Source: Malassezia furfur
Taxonomy: Eukaryota
DNA length: 33,623 nt
Assembly: GCA_052055015.1 (NCBI GenBank)
Contig: JBQJIT010000002.1
Reading direction: 5' to 3' (one strand)
Positions 29,665 to 33,623 of this stretch are shown piece after piece; the first letter of the stretch is position 1, and each line of letters opens with the position of its first letter. The notes beneath the pieces were generated by a model that worked only from the letters and a program-made list of their open reading frames with translations, did not search any database and had not been told where the DNA came from. The position numbers were made by a program, and so were the translations under genes.

Positions 29665-29913
29665 GAGGCAAAAGGCAAGGGACGGCGCCGGCGGACCTGA
29701 CTCCACGCCGACCCAAGGGCCAGTGAAGCAGGCTGAAATTGTGCTTGGCTGCTGCAAACCGGCTTGGGTTGTGCCAATCATGCATCGGTGCCAAGATTTC
29801 CGGTGGCTATATCCCCGCGACCGACCGATTGGCGCGCCGCCAGGCCCGATTCGCGTCACGTGCGTGTCACGCCCTGCTGGCCGGCGGCTGCGCGCGCGGC
29901 GAGGCGACGCGCG

Positions 29914-32132
29914 ATGAGCAGCATGGCGGCCGAGGGCCATGCGCCCAAGATCAAGAACCGTGCGCCGGCGCCGGTGCAGATCACCGCGGAGCAGTTGCTG
30001 CGCGAGGCCCAGGAGAACCAGGAGAAGCCCAAACTCAAGAGCCAGCGGCATCGCATCGAGGATTTTGAGCAGCTCGAAGAATACCGCGCACGGAAGCGCA
30101 CCGAGTTCGAGGATGCCGTGCGCCGGCTCCGGGGGAATGTACGTGCACTCAGCTCACCCAGATGGTCGCGTGGATCCGGTATGCGACGTGGGAAGCGAAC
30201 CAGGGGCTGATGGACCGCTGCCGCTCGGTGTTTGAGCGCGCGCTGGACGTGAATCCCCACCATGTGCCGCTCTGGCTGCGCTACACGGAGCAGGAACTCA
30301 AGATGCGCAACGTGAACCACGCACGCAATCTGTTTGACCGCGCGGTCGCGATCCTGCCGCGCATCGACCAGCTGTGGTACAAGTACGTGCACGTCGAAGA
30401 GCTCCTCGGCAACGTCGCCGGCACGCGCGAGATCTTTGAGCGGTGGATGGGCTGGGAGCCGGACGAGCGCGCGTGGAACGCGTACATCGCATTCGAGGTG
30501 CGCTACAAGGAGCTCGACCGCGCGAGCGCCGTGTGGGAGCGCGCCGTGACATGCCACCCCGAGCCGCGGCAGTGGATCCGGTGGGCAAAATTCGAGGAGG
30601 AGCGCGACCGGCTCGACAAGGCGCGCGACGTCTTCCACATGGCGCTCGACTTCTTTGGCGAGGAGGAGGCGGCGCTCGAGCGCGCCCAGACCGTCTTTAC
30701 CGCGTTCGCCAAGATGGAGACGCGCCAGGCGGAATACGACCGCGCGCGGATGATTTATAAGTATGCGCTCGAGCGGCTGCCGCGCGCCAAGAGCGAGGGC
30801 ATCTACGCGAGCTATACGCGCTTCGAGAAGCAGTTTGGCAATATCCAGGGCGTCGAAGATACCGTCACGCAAAAGCGGCGCCTGCAGTACGAAGAGGAGC
30901 TCGACACGGCGCGCGAGGCGACCAACTACGACACGTGGTTCGACTACACGCGCCTCGAGGAGGACTCGTACCGCGCGCTCGTCGAGCAGGGCGCGCCGCC
31001 GTCGCTGCTTGACGCGGCGCGCGACAAGGTGCGCAGTGTGTACGAGCGCGCGATTGCTCAGACGCCGCCCGCGGACGAAAAGCGGCTGTGGCGCCGGTAC
31101 ATCTACCTGTATCTCCGCTACGCGCTCTTTGAGGAGATCGACACGCGCGACCTCGAGCGCGCCAAGGCGGTGTACGCGTCGGCGGTCGCCGCCGTGCCGC
31201 ACCGCGCGTTTACCTTTGCCAAGCTCTGGCTGGCGTACGCCTACTTTGAGATCCGGCGGCGCAATGTGCAGCTCGCACGCAAGATCCTTGGCACGGCCAT
31301 CGGCCTCGCGCCCAAGCACAAGCTCTTCACCGGCTACATCCAGCTCGAGCTCGAGCTCAAAGAGTTCGACCGCGTGCGCAAACTGTACGAAAAGGCGCTC
31401 GAATGGGACGCCAGCAGCGCCGCGACGTGGGTGCAGTTCGCCGAGCTCGAGCAGAACCTGTACGATTTGGAGCGCGCGCGCGCCATCTACGAGCTCGCCA
31501 TCGAGCAGGCCGAGGCCGAGGCCGGCGGACTCGACATGCCCGAGGTCGTCTGGAAGGCGTACATCGACCTCGAGTTTGCCGAGCGCGAATGGGCGCGCGT
31601 CGATGCGCTGTACGAGCGCCTGCTCGACAAGACCGGGCACGTCAAGGTGTGGATCAGCTACGCCCAGAGCAAGATCTCTGCGGCCATCGCACTCGAGGAG
31701 GATGCGGATGCAGACGCCGAGGAGCAGGCCGAGGCCCAAGGCGCCACCTACGCCCCGAGCGCCGAAGAGCAAGCGGCGCGCGCCGCCCAGCGCGCCGAGG
31801 CGGCCGAGGCGTCGCGCGCGCTGTTCGCGCGTGCCTACGACCGCCTGCGTGCCGACCAGCTCAAAGACGAGCGCGTCGTCCTCCTCGAGGCGTGGAAGGC
31901 GTTTGAGACCGAGCACGGCGACGAGGCGCACGTGGCCGCCGTGCAGGCCAAGTGGCCGCGCGTGGTCAAAAAGCGCCGCGAGATCGCCGAAGGCGCCGGC
32001 GCCACCGAAGAGGTACGTGGCGTGCTCACCCAGTATTACGACCTCGTCTTCCCCGACGAAGAGACGCAGCAGCCCGCGCTCAAGCTGCTCCAGCGCGCCC
32101 ATGCGTGGCGCGCGCAGCAGGCGGCTCCGTAG
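29914..32132 (+). CDS. CLF1: Pre-mRNA splicing factor Clf1/Syf3/crooked neck (HAT repeats), 724 aa
   Basis: [52 protein letters not shown]. Exons 29914-30138, 30162-32012, 32034-32132 (introns 23 and 21 nt). Confidence 0.95.
32013..32033 (+). other. 21-nt in-frame, stop-free intron in CLF1
   Basis: GTACGTGGCGTGCTCACCCAG. Removal restores [11 protein letters not shown]. Confidence 0.82.
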
Positions 32133-32185
32133 TGTGTTGGTGGGGAAATATGCGCTTGCGCCGGTGCGTCGCCGCTCCACCGTGC

Positions 32186-32630
32186 ATGGCGTCGAGCGAT
32201 CCGGCGTTTACGCGGCTCGGCGCGCCCGCCGCGCCCCCCGCGCCCGCCGCGTCCAGCGTGCTTGCCGTGGCGCCGGCGGCGTACACGTGCACGCCGGTGA
32301 GCGCGTGCATGCCGTGCCCGGCGGACGACGTACGTACGCCCGCGTGCTCACCCGCAGCTCGCCTACCCGTACTGCCGCCCGTACAACAACCGCCAGGCGG
32401 TGCAGTGCGTCGCAAACGCTAGCACCCCGGCGGTCCACGGATGGAGCGCGTGCGGTAAGTTCATCGGCGCCGAGGTGCGCGCATACGGCAAGTTTGTGCT
32501 CGCCAACGTCGTCGTCGTCGTCGCGGCCCTCGCCCTGTACGTCTGGCGCCAGGTGCACCAGACGCGCCGCTTCCACGGCATGCTCTACGCACGCGTCCAC
32601 GGCCGCGCCCAGGCGCGCCGCACACACTAG
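32186..32630 (+). CDS. Small Cys-rich single-TM protein, JTB-like pattern, 138 aa
   Basis: Exons 32186-32329 and 32358-32630 (28-nt intron) give CTPVSACMPCPADDLAYPYCRPYNNRQAVQC...WSACGKFIGAE..YGKFV, then a TM segment and RQ. An alternative in-frame ATG is at 32150. Confidence 0.65.
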
Positions 32631-32731
32631 CTGCTTGCACGCAGGCCACTAGCCAAATCTACCCCGCGCACCGTCCGAGCGCGGACTGTGGTGCGCGTCT
32701 ATACAACACGATGCACCCGCCTGCGTGCGCG

Positions 32732-33623
32732 CTACACACACAGGCCCCACACCCATAGCGTCGCCCAGATCCCGAGCCCACTGAGCACGGGGATGAACAG
32801 ATTGTCGTCGATGCCGCCCAGGTCCAGCGACTCGGTCACGCCGGCCACCAAGCCCGCGGCAACGTACAGCAGCCACGCAGGCACCGCCGGCGCACCGCCG
32901 CCCGCCGCCACCGCGTGCGCCCACACCGACGCATCGCCGCGCGCCACAAACCCGCCGCGGATGCCCGTCCAGCCCGTGTGCAGCAGGCCGGGCGCCTGGC
33001 GCGTCCCAAACGTCGCCGTCCCGCCGGGCGTCCACGAGAGACCCGACGCACGCTCGCCACGCCGCGCCAGGCTCGTGCCCCAAAACAGATAGGTGGTCAG
33101 CGACCCGGCCAGCACCGCGGCCAAAAAGCCCGCGAGCGACTTGCGCTGCGCAAACAGCGGCGCGGGCATCGACGGCGTATACCGCCCATACAGCCGCCCA
33201 AACGTCGACGCACACGGGTCACACCACGACAGGATCATGATGCTCACACACGCAATGTCCTCGGGGAACAGGCGCAGACTCGCCAGCACGCCGACCAGGT
33301 ACCACACCACGCCGTTCACGCGCTCCTAACGGTCAGTATGCACGCGACGCACCCGTTCTCCATCGCGCATCAGCGCACCGACCACCGCCTCGTACGCGCG
33401 CTCAAACCCAGGCAGGTTCAGCCGCAGCAGGTCCATCGACGCAATAAACGCCAGCATGTAGCTCAGCACACGCACAATCCGGTCCAGGTCCACATTGAGG
33501 CCATACAGCGCAAGCACCACAAACCCGATGCTCGCGTGCAGCACCTTGCGCGGCACCTCCCACTTGACCACGATCTTTTCCCAGCGCGCCGAGTGCAGCG
33601 GGTGCACGGCGCGCTGGGAAAAG
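32732..33623 (-). CDS. DGK1: CTP-dependent diacylglycerol kinase (5'-partial)
   Basis: WEVPRKVLHASIGF, DLLRLN, LMRDGER|ERVNGVVWYL (27-nt intron 33326-33352), LSWCDPCASTFGRLYG, KSLAG, DDNLFIPV. Confidence 0.9.
33575..33623. repeat. Perfect 17-bp inverted repeat ending at the last base of the window
   Basis: CTTTTCCCAGCGCGCCG (33575-33591) and CGGCGCGCTGGGAAAAG (33607-33623), 15-nt spacer. Confidence 0.9.

Noticed and set aside
29856..32180. 774-aa minus-strand ORF opposite CLF1 (also 1246-2475, 9746-11233 and 17151-18011)
   Set aside because: Stop-free antisense frames are expected with high GC3. They have no recognisable domains and fully overlap well-supported genes.

Overview
This is a GC-rich, very compact eukaryotic (fungal) window. 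Gene content, density and tiny GT-AG introns suggest a Malassezia-like basidiomycete yeast (inference). I modelled about 23 protein-coding genes (21 complete, 2 cut by the window ends), with only about 2.4 kb of intergenic DNA. They include RFC4, a Kel1/Tea1-like kelch protein, a GPI-type secreted protein, a C2H2 protein, a rhodanese-methyltransferase fusion, QNS1, IFA38, a Med25-like protein, a Usp-domain protein, TPS1, BolA, ARG1, NOP9, a TTL-family ligase, trimethyllysine dioxygenase, BOR1, a copper-fist transcription factor, CLF1, a JTB-like protein and DGK1. I saw no tRNA, rRNA, CRISPR array or transposon. The most striking signal is a miniaturised gene-expression grammar. (1) There are 23 spliceosomal introns of only 21-34 nt (median 24), plus one probable 42-nt intron. 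All have GTRNGY donors and a branch site fused to the acceptor (CTNAY-N-YAG, branch A at -6 in 17 of 23). (2) An SCTCCAC motif lies 0-19 nt before the ATG in 9 of 21 complete genes. (3) Stop codons are 16 TAG, 7 TAA and 0 TGA, with GTAG at or just after most stops. Other candidates are a structured RNA downstream of QNS1, a fungal VWA+ACID Med25-like gene and a JTB-like gene. All gene models and counts were made by hand, without database searches.
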